From NCBI GenBank assembly GCA_030704615.1, contig CM060731.1:4464001-4528000 (forward strand): a stretch of 64,000 nt of DNA, written 5' to 3'. The notes beneath the pieces were generated by a model, which saw only the letters and a program-made list of their open reading frames with translations, was not told the DNA's origin and searched no databases. Source of the stretch: Takakia lepidozioides. Its lineage: Eukaryota; Plantae; Bryophyta. Numbering within the stretch: position 1 is the first letter of the stretch; every line of letters starts with the position of its first letter. Positions 12,682 to 25,902 of this stretch are shown here, piece by piece. The position numbers were made by a program, and so were the translations under genes.

Positions 12682-15596
12682 ATGAAGGAGCTTGAAATGA
12701 CCCCCATGGATGAAGAGGAGGTGGTGGTGGAGGTCCCACATGCATTGAACTGTGATGTAGGGGTGGGTGGGGGTTGTGAAGACATCAATCAGAGCCACAA
12801 GCCCGACTGCAGGGCCAGCACTAGTGACAGAGGGATTGGACCCATATCTGAGGGTGCGACTTTTGTCTCTGTCCCTTTGTTTTCACTCTTCCTCTCATCT
12901 CCAGTCTTCAGACTTGCCATTTCCAAGACATTGAATGGGAGACATTAGCTCCTCTCTCTTTATATGACATTAAATACTGTCTGTGAGACTGTATGGCTCT
13001 ATTTATTTTAGGACTTTGCTCGGCAAAATTTCCTTGTAACAGCCCTGTACACCAAAATGCAGGTCCTAACTGTTTGTTTTCATGAAGTGCTCTGGCGCAG
13101 AACTTCTCAAACCGTGTGTGTGCCCAGGCCCATGACAAAGATACAAACAAATGAAATGAAATGGTACTTTATAACGTCCGCGGAAAGCTCAAAGAGCTTC
13201 TGGGACAAAATGGAAAAAAACAACAGAAACAAACAAGGGAAACAAAGAAAGAGGGAACTTAGAGAGGAAGTTTCTATGAGAAAGTTGCATCTTTATGATA
13301 CAGTAACAATCTCTTTGAGGACATTGGGATATGTTATGACTAACAGCTTGCATGCGATAGAGCAGTTGTATGCAGCCAGACATCACTAGGAGGTGAAGCC
13401 AGTCGCAGAGAGGCAGCTGACAGAATGCACAGATCCCAGTCTATCATACAAGAGGATTCTGTGGAATATAAAAGGGATGATGCTGAGCTGGGCAGATCCT
13501 TTCAATTGGCAGTGAGTGCACATGACTGGGCACTCGCCGAAAGCTTTATTCCATCGGCGGACTCTCAGAGACTGAATGATGGCTTGTGCATAGCTCTGGA
13601 TGCTATATGGTTTTTGAGGTAGGTCCATTTTTGGTGTGCTTGAAGTTCCAAGAGAGAGAGAATCACTCATTTGCAATTAGCTACAGATCCAACGAGAATG
13701 GGGGCGCAATATCTTAACACTCAATTTGTTCTTGCATTTTCTACTTGGTCATTTTTCCCAAAAAGTCAGGTAGGACGTTGTGAAGTGATACAATAGAAGA
13801 TCTGTTATATAGAACAGAAGAAGCCTTGTGTTTAGATCAGCTGAAATGGAAATGCTCACTTATCTCACTTTTTGGGATCATGTGAACCTGTTCACCATTG
13901 TCTCTGTCCGTGTATAAGTTTAACTCCTGACCCATCAATTTTTGTCTAGTTACTGAGCGAAGTGCAACTGTGGTATTTGAGAAGATGAGGCTGATGTGGA
14001 GACATGGGAGTGATTGATGAATATCACTTGAGATACATGAACCTGAGTAAGGTGTCGGTGGGTTTTGCTCAGCACTACACGGGAACTGGCAGCTGTGACA
14101 CGGTTGATCGAGAGACTGATTCTGGCAGGGGTCCATGATTTCACACGAGCAGCTCTCCGGACATCCTTTCTGGCCTCATGTGTTTCAGCATGTCGAAGCC
14201 GCACCATGAGCTTGGCGGATACGGTCACTATCATGGCACAGAGGTAGGCAAGTTCCGTGTCTCTCTCTCTCTCTCATCTATAGTTGCTTTTGGGCTGCTT
14301 GTGGAGGGCCCCTCTCTCTTTCTTCTTTCTTTCTTTCTCTTGTCCCAGAAGCTCTTTGAGCTTTCCGTGGACATTATAAAGTATTATTTCATTTCTGTAT
14401 GTCTCTCTCTCTCGGCTGTGTTATAAAGTACCATTTCATTTCATTTCTCTCTCTTCTGTGGATGTATTAATCCTCTTTGTTCTTTGCTCTCTCCCTGTGG
14501 ACGTTATTAAGTTTGTAAAATGGAAACGCTCACTTTTCTCACTTTTTTGGATCGTGTGAACTTGTTCACCATTGTCTCTGCCCGTGTATAAGTTTAACTC
14601 CTGGTGTAAAATGGGTACTAGTTGCAATGTTGTGGGACACAAACACCTAAGCTACCAAAAACATAACAACTTGTCAGTTCAAGAAGTAGTTTAGACTGCA
14701 TTATGCCACATGAATAAGGCTCTCTTTGTAGTGCTCGAATTTGTTTTTGTAGGCTGCGAGAGAGGCTCCAGGAATGCAATGGTGATGAGGTATTGAGGGT
14801 GGAAGCGGCTGCCAAGGTCCAAAGATTCACAGAATGGGCCTTGAAATGTATTGGGTCACATTCACGGGGGAATGGTGGGGAGTCTGGTGCATCGGGTAAT
14901 ATTGGCACGGCTATCATCCATAGTTCAGCCATTGAGTCACGTCTCCAGCTGATGGCCTTCAAACGTTTCTTGGATCTTGCTGGGACTCGGTTGACCAAAA
15001 AGGACTACACTGAGGCCTTCGATGCAGCCTGCTTCCCTCTCACTCTCTTTTCCAGTGCAATAGATCCCGGTTGGGCAACTGGAATTGCGGCCAGTGCCAT
15101 GCAAGGATTACTAGGGCTGCTAGTTGAAGGGGGTGCAGATAATGTAAACCAGTGTTTTTTGGAGGCTGCTCGGTTTGGGAGTACTGAGCTTGTACACATT
15201 CTGCTGCAGGTATGGCAAACCTGTTGTCTCCTGGCTTGTCCATTTTCTTCTTTAGCGTGGCCAAATTTTCTTCCCTCTTTTTCTCTGTTTTGCTGGCTTC
15301 TGTCTTTTCTGTAAGTTTGGGTCCCTGTTTTCTACTCACCTTTCCCTTGCCTTCATGAGTCTGTTCCTTCTTGCAATATTTGTTGCTCTCCAAAAGTGTG
15401 CACCTTGACGCTGTTGACAGGCAAACTCTCAAGCCTTTTAAATACTGTTCAGCAATCAATGGCCAGAGGGTTTTGGGTTTAGTTTTGGGTGCATCTCTCT
15501 GTGTCTGAGCCCTCCCCTCCACTAAATTGGTCGCAGGGGTTCGTAATCAATTGGCTACGGGGTATGGTCTATAATATACATATATATATATATATG

Positions 15597-15640
<44 letters not shown>

Positions 15641-17400
15641 CTCTCCCTCTTGCTTGTGGCAGGATCCTAGTAAGCATCTGTGCTTGTATCTGAGCAGATT
15701 GCACACAGGAATGGTATGGAGCTAGATGTGGAGCTGGCATTGGGGTTTGCATCGCACTACTGCAAGATTGGTACAATGCAATGCTTGGTTGATGATGGCA
15801 ATGCAGACGCCTTCTTAGGACCTCTCATGAGGGCTACTGAAAGGGGTTGTATGGAGGTTGGTTTCTTCTAATGTGCCAAATCCAGTTGATAGAGTTCCTT
15901 GAGAGCTTTCATGGGGCCTTCACCTAGGTATTTCTACTTCATTATTAGAATGCGATTTTAGGATAAGAAGTGAGACAGGAAATCCCACAATTGCAGTGAT
16001 ACTTTCCTCAGATCCTCAAATCACGGAATGCCAACAAGTGATTGTTTGTGCAATAGTTTCAAGCAACAAGATCCCCTCTGGGCATCTGTAGGTGATAACG
16101 GAGACTCATTCAGGAACCATTTGCCCCTATCAGCAAGCCCACTCCATCTACATACTAAAGAGAGAGCAGAAAGCAGACAGAGAATTGTATCACATCCACA
16201 AGAAGCCCGGGAACCTATGGGACGCAGTAGTACAAAAAGAAAAAAAAATGACACATGGACAATCGACTGAAAGAAAGCAAAATAAGTAGGAGTAAACTCC
16301 TTTTGGTCACTGGTGTGAGGGAGAGAAAGGAAAATGAAAGGAAATGAAATGGAATTTTGGAGAGAAAGGGAGAGAGGAACAACTCAAGATGTTTTGAGGA
16401 GAAACAAATCCTAGTTGGTGCAGGTTGTCCAATGGTTTGTGGCGAGGGGTTGCAAAGACATGGAGTTGTGCTTAGCACTTACTGCAGCAGCTTCCAGTAG
16501 CCACGTCGAAGTTGCTGCCTATCTTTTGAGTCACGTGCCCCGGCATGTGCTCCAGACACTTAGCGTGGAAATCCTGAAGGTGCTTTTTTATTATTAAACT
16601 GGCCTGATCTTTGTTGTGAACGTCAGAGAAAAAATGTGAACATGTCAATGCAAGGTGCTCAGGATTCAAGAATCTTAAAAGTGGTTGACTTTTTCCAAGT
16701 AGCCTATTGCTCTCCATGGCTGCAACTACAGGTTTCATTTATTTATAGTGATCATAGCTTCGTAGTTTGAAGTTCTGTGGACCCATTGATCCCTCCTCCC
16801 TACACAACTCAATGTTGAGTTCTGAGCTTGTTTCATCCTCATCGCACATATCTGCCTTTCTTCCTCCTCATTTGAAGTCCCTGCATTATCCAGGCAGCAA
16901 GTGAACGCTCAGGGGGCTCCCTCAAGGGCATAGCCTTTCTGCTACAGGCCGACTTCTTGAATGATCCTGAGGCGATCTACCAGATAGCTGACAACATTGC
17001 CAAGTCAGACGATGAAGCAATCACCTCTGAGTTGCGGACATTTTTGCTGGAAGAATGGTCAGAAGAGGCCTTTCTGAGGGGGCGGTTCCTGGGACAATCT
17101 CACCACCTCAATGTCATGCGCGTGCTGAAGAGAGGTTCTTCTCCTCTTCACTTACAGGAACTCCCACTCCAGTTGCAAGTCACTGTCGCCTATCTTCCTC
17201 TGTACAAAGAGTGTCTGGCTTCAAGTGGTGTCGTTCTCTCTCAATGGCTAAGGGGCCAGCTGGTGGAGGCTGCCTCACGGCTCAATCCAGGGGGCCTTCA
17301 ACCACCTGAGGATGTTTTCCTTAGGTCCAGCAAGCAGGTTCTCCTTTCAATTCTAGGGTCGCGTTTGCCTGGCTTTATGCAAGAGGCCGCAGATGGGTAG
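12682..17400 (+). CDS. SKIP35: Ankyrin-repeat protein SKIP35-like; exons 12682-12853, 13390-13618, 14073-14243, 14753-15209, 15698-15856, 16424-16579, 16894-17400
   Basis: Family-typical peptides LNDGLCIALDAIWFL, FTRAALRTSFLASCVSAC, RLQECNGDEVL..EAAAKVQRFTEWALKCIG, GADNVNQCFLEA and ALGFASHYCKI. All GT-AG junctions keep frame. The start codon is less certain. Confidence 0.9.
13843..14603 (+). repeat. ~88-bp segment duplicated between SKIP35 intron 2 (13843-13929) and intron 3 (14516-14603)
   Basis: aaatggaaa(t/c)gctcactt...tgttcaccattgtctctg(t/c)ccgtgtataagtttaactcctg is present in both introns. Confidence 0.85.
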
Positions 17401-17823
17401 AAACTGGCTTCATTTAGAATCTTTCTTTTAGAGAACCTCACTTGGCTAGAAATTGGAATTGGGTTCTTTCACTTTGTGCTTTGGAGCCCTTTCCAAGCCT
17501 TCCTCGCTCTCCATCCCCATGCCCTTACCTGAAGAGGAAGAACTGCTGGGGTTTGGACAATGAGGAAGATACTTTTTTTGCTACTGCGATTGAAAGATGT
17601 GTCAAGCCAATGAAATTGGCTGGCATCTAAGATATGAGGGCTGGTTCACGGTTTGTAGCCATCTGAAACTGTACATCTGTCCCGACTAGCATTGTAAATA
17701 CCATTTGAGAAGATGGAAATTCCATGATGTCCTCAAGATGCACATACAATCGGGTGATGAGAATTTCCAGTTACTGTCTTTTGTGACACACACTGAGACT
17801 CATCTCCTTCCTAGAAAACAAAC

Positions 17824-19990
17824 TTATGAAAAGGGAGCAAAGATGCTGAAGACACAAGACAAGCGCTTACGGCCATGAAACAAGAAATTAGTTCCTGTTG
17901 GAACTCTAACAAAAGCCAGGGATGATGAACTTAGGCCAAGCTTACTCAATTGAAAAAACTGAAGGAACACAAGCCACCTTGAGGGCTCACTTGGTTCACA
18001 CATTGATCCAATCTCAAAACGGCTGGTCATTCATAGTTGCTGTCACCACCAGACTCTTTACTAACCTCTTGTTCCGCATTGGTTGCACACCCTATGAGTC
18101 AACGGCGAGTGCATTGGTGCATTGATGTAGAGATTGCGGGAAACAATAGAGACTGTATTGGACTCTATTTGAATCTCAAAAGCACGGTTTCTCATGGGCT
18201 GAGAATGGTTGTAATGGTCATCAACTCCATCTGGGTGCGAGTTCTTGCTTGTTATCACTTTCAACCTGTATCGATTGCCATCACTTATTGGGTCTGCAGC
18301 TCGGATGACACCATAATGCTTATGTTTGCATAGCTCCTTAGCTGATCAAGGCAGTACTGTCCACCGGGTGATGTGGTATGAGAATCTTGTCTTGATGTGA
18401 TGCCTCATTGGTTTCTCTCCATCGACATCAGTGCCCTCATTCAGGGATGTAGTAACATCACCACTTCGGGTTCTCCGTCCCCTCCTTGGTGCGCACCATA
18501 ACTCATGCTTCCAACACTGACAGACTTTCTCATCCTCCTCCACATTTAATTTGTAAGAGTCCCCTCACCGGATGCAGATCACATCTATAATCGAGGACTT
18601 AAAGTAGACCTTAGTTTTCCTCTCAAGATGCGTATATCTTTTGTTCTTTTTCGAACTCAAACAAACCTTCTATGCTTCAGGCCTTCAACAAACTCTGTAA
18701 AACTGCAACAGTGACCATTCTTCCCATCTAGACGAGTCACCGGGGCAATTCTAGACTTCTCGCATAACCTGAGGGTGCCCAGGAAATAAGCCATATCTTC
18801 TGTTGTCCAACCTTTCACTTTCGCAAAAGGCTCAGGTTTAGGTGGAAGTGTTTCCGTGTGGGAGCGGTGCTTTAAGAGTGATCGTGGCCGTGGACTCTTC
18901 CCCGGACATGTAACCGTGTTGAAAGTAAACTTCATACTTAACACTGTCTATGATGAAAGTGTTTCTTGCTTTGTACCAAGGGCCAAACTTGTCGATAAAC
19001 CTTGTCGATATTGTTGACATGAAAGTGTGCCAAAACAATCTCCTCTCTCGATCAGAACATGCAGCAATAATCGTCTTCACAGCCCTTGGACACCCAATAT
19101 TGAGTCCATCTCCAAGTTTTGTTGGCCCAGAAAGAGAAGAGGTCTAGGATGATAATCACAACGTACACTCAAAAGTTAAAATGCCTGGCTTGCAAATCAT
19201 GGGCCAGATTGACACAAATCTGAGAAAATTTTGATTTAAGACCTCTCTAGCACTGTGATCAAAAAAGCATTTGACTTTGGGATCGATTTCATACCCTTTG
19301 CCTCGGCACACGTCCATTGCAGCGAAAAACTCTTCCTTTCTAATGAGATGGCCGTCAGGCCAAAGTAGGTCGTCCTCTGCACCAAATTTCGTATTTTGTC
19401 GCTCGAATTTTCGGAGCATCGCCATGTGAGATGACCTCGGTCCGTCAGTCACATAGTTAATGTTTTCAGGGGAAAACGAGACTACGTAATTTGAGATATC
19501 AATCACTCCTACAGACATATTCTCTGGACTGTAAGCATGTGTACTCACAAGAGGGTGATCCAGAGGGATATTCATCAAAATTATCAAGTTCCTTACCTTG
19601 TACCAGGAATCAAAACCATGCCACAGAGATGACACCAGCACATACGGGATCCTACAAAACTTTGCAGTCCTGATAAACTGCCAAATGGAGTAAAACAACT
19701 GGAACCATAACATGTACCGCAGCAAACGCTGGAAAGAAGTACTAACTGTGGGCTGTAGGAAGCTGATTGGGGCCTGAACTTACAGTTATCTTCTAACCAG
19801 TCCTTCCTAGAGGGCAGGACAAGGTAGACAATCAGAAATAGTTCAAGTAGTCGAGGCATTCTCAATATAATCAGTTGAACCTTGAGTGTGCGGTCGAGGG
19901 AAGTAACGACTGTTGGGTCCCCGCTCCAGCGAACAGTGATCCATGGAAGCTGAGTTCTGTACTCGTATCAAATTTAACAACACGTTGTTA
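17824..19990 (-). pseudogene. Frameshifted remnant of a long (~600-700 codon) ORF of unknown family
   Basis: Consecutive overlapping minus-strand ORFs (19156-19725, 18838-19080, 18657-18944, then 18346-18543 and 18061-18264 in one frame across a single stop). A second copy lies at 56860-58435. Confidence 0.55.
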
Positions 19991-20199
19991 TTTAATAACA
20001 ACTCGTTGTTATTTCGTAACAACACGTTGTGGAGCTGGGATTCCTTCTCACCTTCCTTGTCCACTTGGATGAACGGAGGAGGGATGCGCCCCGGATGATT
20101 TAGGGATGGACGGAGCCAGGATGAAGTCTGGATGAACTTACACCTTGCGCATGAGGATGAGCTTGCTACAGCTTATGACTTTATTAGGTGCTGTCTTAT

Positions 20200-20560
20200 T
20201 CTAACAGCTAGTTTAGGATTAGATTATGAGGGATCTGGGTGATGTGGCTTCTTTCTATGGCTATGCTGGAAAGGCATCTAGCTGGTATATGTAAGTGTCA
20301 CGCGGCACTAAGATTAGATTACGACCTAATACTATTTAAGCTCGACTGCCGTGGCAGTGAGGGTGGTGGCGATACAGGCTTCGACATTGACATTCTAGTC
20401 CGCTCTCGTTCATCGTTGAAGACAAGAGATGAGATTCTCGAATTTGTGGAAGAACAAATCATGAAGCACATTGTCAGTTTATGTGCCTCTCCAACAGTTG
20501 GTGGTGGCTTTTGGGTCTTACGCGAGTGTACGCTTGGTGTAACGGTGTGCTTGAGTGTGT
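20200..20560 (+). pseudogene. Fragment of a TORNADO1-like Roco (COR domain) gene
   Basis: IDILVRSRSS..RDEILEFVEEQIMKHIVSLCASP..G resembles the COR region of plant TRN1-like LRR-Roc-COR proteins. Isolated and degenerate. Confidence 0.5.
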
Positions 20561-21650
20561 GGATGAATGCGTTTTGGAAGTCCGACTCTGTTGCATCCTC
20601 TTCGTGAGATTCCATCTTCTCTGCCAGGCCCATCTATCGACTACATTCCCCAGATAGGATTAAGTCCGGTAGACGAAGGGGAACAAACCCATAGCGCTGG
20701 AATCATGATGGAGATGCGGGGTAACTAAAAAATCGTAACAGAGAATTTGGCTCGTACGAAACACCTGAGAGCAGTAGATTGTGTACGGGGGATCCTACAT
20801 GATTGAGGGGAAAGGTAGTGGCAAAATGGCGGCTTGTATGTCATGCACAGAGAGAAAGAGAAAGAGTTTGTCTGCTCGAGCTTTTCTATGTTTTGAGAGT
20901 TTCGCAAGTGAGCACTATGGCTTCCAGTTCTTAGCGTGGTTGGTTTGAGCTTGATCAATTCGAGGTCCCGCCCTTGAGACAGACCCAGGCGTTGGAATCT
21001 CGTTACATTTGTGAGCTTGCACGCAACTTGCACTACAACAGATCGTGGTATATATGACTGCCAACCGCGGTAGTCATGGTTTTCCTAACTATGACCATGA
21101 CTTCCCTATATTTTTAGACCAAATTGTGCTTTACGTAGTCGTTCAGATGACTATGTAGTCACGTAGTCATCCAAGGGACTACATGGTTAGACGTTTGAAT
21201 GACTACGTGATTCCGCACTTGACGGAGGGTTGGTCCACGATGGTTGACCAGCGCGAGCTCCCCACCAAATAGTTGCCGGAATGACTTCTAGTGCTAGCTT
21301 GGTACCAAAAGGTTAAAAAATTCAAAAAGTTGCTTATAGGGTTGCCCATTAGAGGGCTGGGACTTAGCCTCCTCTTGGCTTTATTGTCTCCTGCGCGTTT
21401 TCTTAGTATAGAGCCAAAGAGATGTTGTGTCATGGAACACGATGATCGGGGGATATGCAAGGGCATGGGATGGAGAAGGGACGAAGCGCAACCTGCACCG
21501 CAACCGCAAATGTGGGCTCTTGGCTCCTGTAGTACCATGATTTGGTATTCTTCTTGATGTTTACAAGGTTCTTAGGAGAGTCAGCTTGGTCTTAGCAGGC
21601 CGCACGTTTCAATCTCTGCCTGCTCAGCTGCACAGTGGTGGTTCTCACAG

Positions 21651-23450
21651 ACCAATCCGACATTACCTGACTACAGACACAAGCAGCGCACACAGGAGGT
21701 CCTTGAGGACGGGTCTCTAGCACATGTTGGCTATGGCGCCTTCAGGGATGCCATTCAAATCATGTAATATGATAAAACACTTGGCGGGTTTCTTTTCTGG
21801 GGTCGCTGTGTTGAATATATGCGCCAATATCGGATCCAGGCTCTTTTGCGCAATTTAGCATAAATGAATGTACTCTAGGCAAAGAAAGAAGAAAGCGCAC
21901 GGGATTGTTAGACAAGGCCGATCTAAATAGTCATATGTGGCGTTTAGATCAATGCTGGAGCATGGAACAGCACTGGCATAAGTTCTTTAAAGATCCTTCA
22001 CACTGGTGGGACAGTAGCTTTTACAAGGGAAGCTTTCTTCATGTAGGATAAGAAGGAGTCTGAGGGAAATCTATTATGATTGTCTTGATTGTACCCCTAA
22101 TAGTTAGAATCTCGCTTTGCTGTGCAAAAACTGCTTTTATTGTCAGTATCGTAGGTTGTTCTTCCTGAGCAGGGCATGAAAGTAGGATGTCCAAGGCCTT
22201 TCCCTGAAGTTTGCAAGGTACTAGGGAGGGTCGAGACTGTGGCTGCTCAGCTGCTCCCTGGTCGTTTTCACAGACCACTCCAAAATCTCCAGACTATAGA
22301 CAAGCTGGTATAAGTTTGGACATGTCCGTATGTTCCTCATTGCGTAGAGTCCAATGGAACCCACATTGAATTGTTTGAAAACTCACTAACACTTCTTCAT
22401 AAAGGAACTTGTCAAAATGTTGATGCTATTGGATTTTCGAGCACAAAGGTCTATTGTGGAGCATGGAGCAGAGCTGGCATGAGTTTTTTAAAGATCCCTC
22501 ACATCTATGGGAGAACCGCAATTGCAAGGTGGGGCTTTTTTAATGTATGATGTGAACAAGTTTTGTCCATCCTGCAAAGTGTGGGCTCTTCCTGTTAGTA
22601 ATATGATTTGGTATTTTTCCTGGTGTTTACAAGGTACTTGGGGAGGGTCAGATTGGTCTTAGGAAGCTATGCTTGAATCTATGGCAGCTCAGCTGCACCG
22701 TGGTGGCTCCTCACAGACCAATTGACCAATCCGAGATCACCTGACTGCCGACACAAGCTGCACACACACGAGGTCCTTTTGGGTTGATCGCTAGATTAAT
22801 CCTGCATGGGTGAGAGATAAGCTAGCTGCTTTCATGACACAAGGTCAAGGACAATGTGGTGAGGGCACCTTCTTCTTCAACACATTCCAGGCTGTTTTAC
22901 CCTCTTATCAGAGTCGTCCCTAATTTCATGTCGAATTCTACAAGTTAGCTCGTAGGGTCTATGGTGGTTTGGGGTGATTTTGACATGTTACTGCCGATGT
23001 GCCAACATGCACTTATGCAAAAACAGATAGCAGCGATGAGGAGAAGCTTTGGAAGGAATATTTTTCGGACGTCAGTCAATGGTGGGACGATCAAGGTAAA
23101 AAGGTGAATGCCTGTTCAATTACAGAGACAAAGCAGACAACAAGATGCATCACATTTAGCTTTATTGGAATTGTCTCCCCAGCACATTTGGAAAGTTTAG
23201 GGAGTAATTCAGCATAGGAACTAGTGTGTCCTGAGTAGGGTTGAGGTGTTTGCTGAACGATTGTAGGCTGTCATTGTCAGCTGCTAGCAGCAAGGCAAGA
23301 ATATATATATGATTTGTGGAGAGGCAGGGATAGAAGGAGCAGGGATTGGAGTGTGGGTCCAGATTCATCCAAGAGGGCTCGATTTCAAAACTACTTGTGA
23401 TTCCCTGTGGATGGATAGCTACAAGAAACCTACATGGGTAGATGGTCAAC
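21651..23450 (+). pseudogene. Tandem OSB-type PDF (ssDNA-binding) motifs, each split by a phase-0 intron; 5' part of a PDF-PPR gene
   Basis: MEQHWHKFFKDPSHWWD..K|TTPKSPDYR; MEQSWHEFFKDPSHLWENRNCK|TNPRSPDCRHK..HEVL(W)..NPAWVRDKL; EEKLWKEYFSDVSQWWDDQGKK|IHPRGLDFK..DSLWMDSYKKPTWVDGQL (donor 23103, acceptor 23363). Confidence 0.8.
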
Positions 23451-24536
23451 TGGAATCAGCGGCGGCACAGTTGATTAAATCAGGCGCCTTGACCTTGACC
23501 ATAGTTTCCAAAAGAGGACCAAGAGAGGGAGTCCACAATGCCTCTTCTGGTAGTTTTGGGCATGTGAGGATGCTATGTGAGGCAGGGCGACTAGAAGAGG
23601 CTCTACAGACTTTAAACCAAGGGGGCATTTCAGCAAATTCAGATACTTATGTCAGTCTCTTGCATACGTGCATCAAGATGGGGGGATGCTAGAGTGTGAG
23701 CCTAGCCACGTGAGCCCAGGAGCCTGGCGTGAGGCCAGGACACGTGGCATGATTTTGGGAAAGATACGGCGTCTATTTCCGTGGAAGAGGATCCATTACC
23801 GCAGAAACACGTCTTCATCCATATTAACCCTGCAACCCCAAACATAAACCCTAACACTTGTCAGCCTTAGGGACCCACCTCAACCCCGACAGTGAACCTC
23901 GCCATCCCGCCCCTGTGCATGATACTGCGCACTGACATCATCCATGGGACCATCCATGCATGCAACATTCATCCACAATGTACATCCAATCGGGGTTTAT
24001 CCATCCAAAAACATTCATCCTCCATCCATCCAACCAAATATTGGTGTGATGGCATATGTCGAATGACTGTCTACTGGACTATGCACATATTCATCTTTGT
24101 TGAAATTTTATTGAACGCACACGGTTGAATTGGAGAGCAATGTTTAGAAGGAAAACACTTTCAAATTCGCAGGACGCGGGGGAGAGAATGTTTCAATTCA
24201 GGGATGTGAATTTCATTGTAGTCCGTGCTCATTACAACGGATGGTGGGAAGAGAAATGGTGGTGCAACGGAAAACGGAGAGTGTGTCCCCTCATGTTCCA
24301 TAAATGAATGCCCTCAAGTACATCCGTAGGTGGTGTCAACACTGCTACTGCTACCACCTGAATCTGCTGAATTGCTAGAAGTACTGCTACAACCTGAAAC
24401 TGCTGCACTATCATCTATGAAGACCTTTGCGCGGAGGTGCCTGAGCGTCTTCCTGGAACTCCAACGCAAGGGTAGGGGAGAAAGCACAGTTGCTTGCACA
24501 CGAGCAATGTCTTCCGCATATTCGGGAAGGACATAA

Positions 24537-25645
24537 TTAGGAGGTGGGCTCCAGCACAAGTCCCTCAAGTATATGGAAGACAGGGGCCACGGGAGTACGT
24601 TCACATTCCTGCAATCAGAAATGCACCATTTGGGTAACAATCAGACAACAGAAAGGGACGCGACAGAGCATATACACAGGGATCAAATAGACAGAAAATG
24701 AACTTACTCACATGAAAAGTCATTGTCCAGGTCCTTGTCGTCTCCGTCGAGGATATCAATTTGCGCAGTGACATCCTTGACATTGGAGGTAGACGCGCCC
24801 CCTTGCAACTCGGCAAGGAGGCCAGTGAAAATATCTGCATCTCCTTCCATACCAAACAAGTGCCTGCCACCTGCCTTGCAAGCATGGTAAAAAACGCCTG
24901 CAAGAGACAGATTGAAGGAATTAGAGTTTTAGAATATTGAGTAAAGAAGGTGCAGAAGAAAAGAAATCGATGACAAAGGCAAGAAGAGAAACCTGTGCCG
25001 AGAGTGAGATCTATGATGCGGGCCCCTGGCCGAGAACAACTCTCAATGATCGTTTGGATAAAAACCGGGCTTTTTTCATGGGCCCCTCTCCAAGGAGTTC
25101 CATTTGGCTTTCGCAAACATACGTTGGAGTCGACATAGTTGTAGTGCATGTCGTCGACGACAGGATCGAACCTCTCGTTTATGAAACATCCTCCCCCATG
25201 AAGCTCGAACTCCACCACTGTGGTGGGAGTCAACAGTGGATGTACCCTCACGAGACACACGGCCTCAAATAGACAGGTCTGCGATGAAGAGGACAATAAT
25301 TAGTGATGAATGTTTCATAGCACATCTGGGTGGGAGTGCAGACCCATTCTGGATGGAACTGGTTCAGAGTCATTGCTCATGCACCGCCATAACTGAGTGC
25401 GCTGCAACACTCAATTCAGGCAGTGCGAACAACATGACTTCATAACAGTCAGTATAGTGGAACTTCAACAGAGAAGGCATAAAAACAAAGTATTTGAAAC
25501 CCACCTTCTGCCCTGGGCAATCCCCCTTCGTCAGATATAGGCTGTTGACACAGTTCCAGGTCTTGATAATCCGCATCCCCGAGGCTTTCAAGTAGCTTGC
25601 CAGCTCCCGGCGACATCTCATCGTGACAGATTGTATGATACCCAA
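24537..25645 (-). pseudogene. 3' half of a spliced beta-class DNA N4C/N6A methyltransferase-like gene; exons ~25640-25505, 25278-24993, 24897-24712, 24608-24537
   Basis: Spliced translation PWRGAHEKSPVFIQTIIESCSRPGARIIDLTLGTGVFYHACKAGGRHLFGMEGD matches motifs X-I-II of the N6_N4_Mtase family. GT-AG introns, no internal stops. Catalytic motif IV is missing (5' truncation). Confidence 0.75.
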
Positions 25646-25682
25646 TTTTATTTTTTATTTTATTTTATTTTATTTTATTTGG

Positions 25683-25902
25683 TTCCCTCCCCCCCCCCGG
25701 GAGAACTAAGTGCGTCAACGCACTCAATTTCTTCATGATCATGATTTCAGGATGATCATCGACGAGAGGTGCGGGTCCGGATTTTCACCCGGGTACCCGG
25801 CGGGTTTTGGGGGAAACCCCCCCTCCCCCCCCCCCCCGAGAACTGAGTGCGTCAACACACTCAATTTTTTCATGATCATGATTTCAGGATGATCATTGAC
25901 GA
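25683..25902 (+). repeat. Direct repeat, ~80 bp with 137-bp spacing, at the junction between the MTase and SWIM fragments
   Basis: ccctcccccccc..gagaact(a/g)agtgcgtcaac(g/a)cactcaattt.ttcatgatcatgatttcaggatgatcat occurs twice, with a partial third copy at ~26566. Confidence 0.85.

Noticed and set aside
14005-14050. C/D box snoRNA (tgatga...ctga) in SKIP35 intron 2
   Set aside because: The boxes are only ~25 nt apart, with no terminal stem or recognisable guide.
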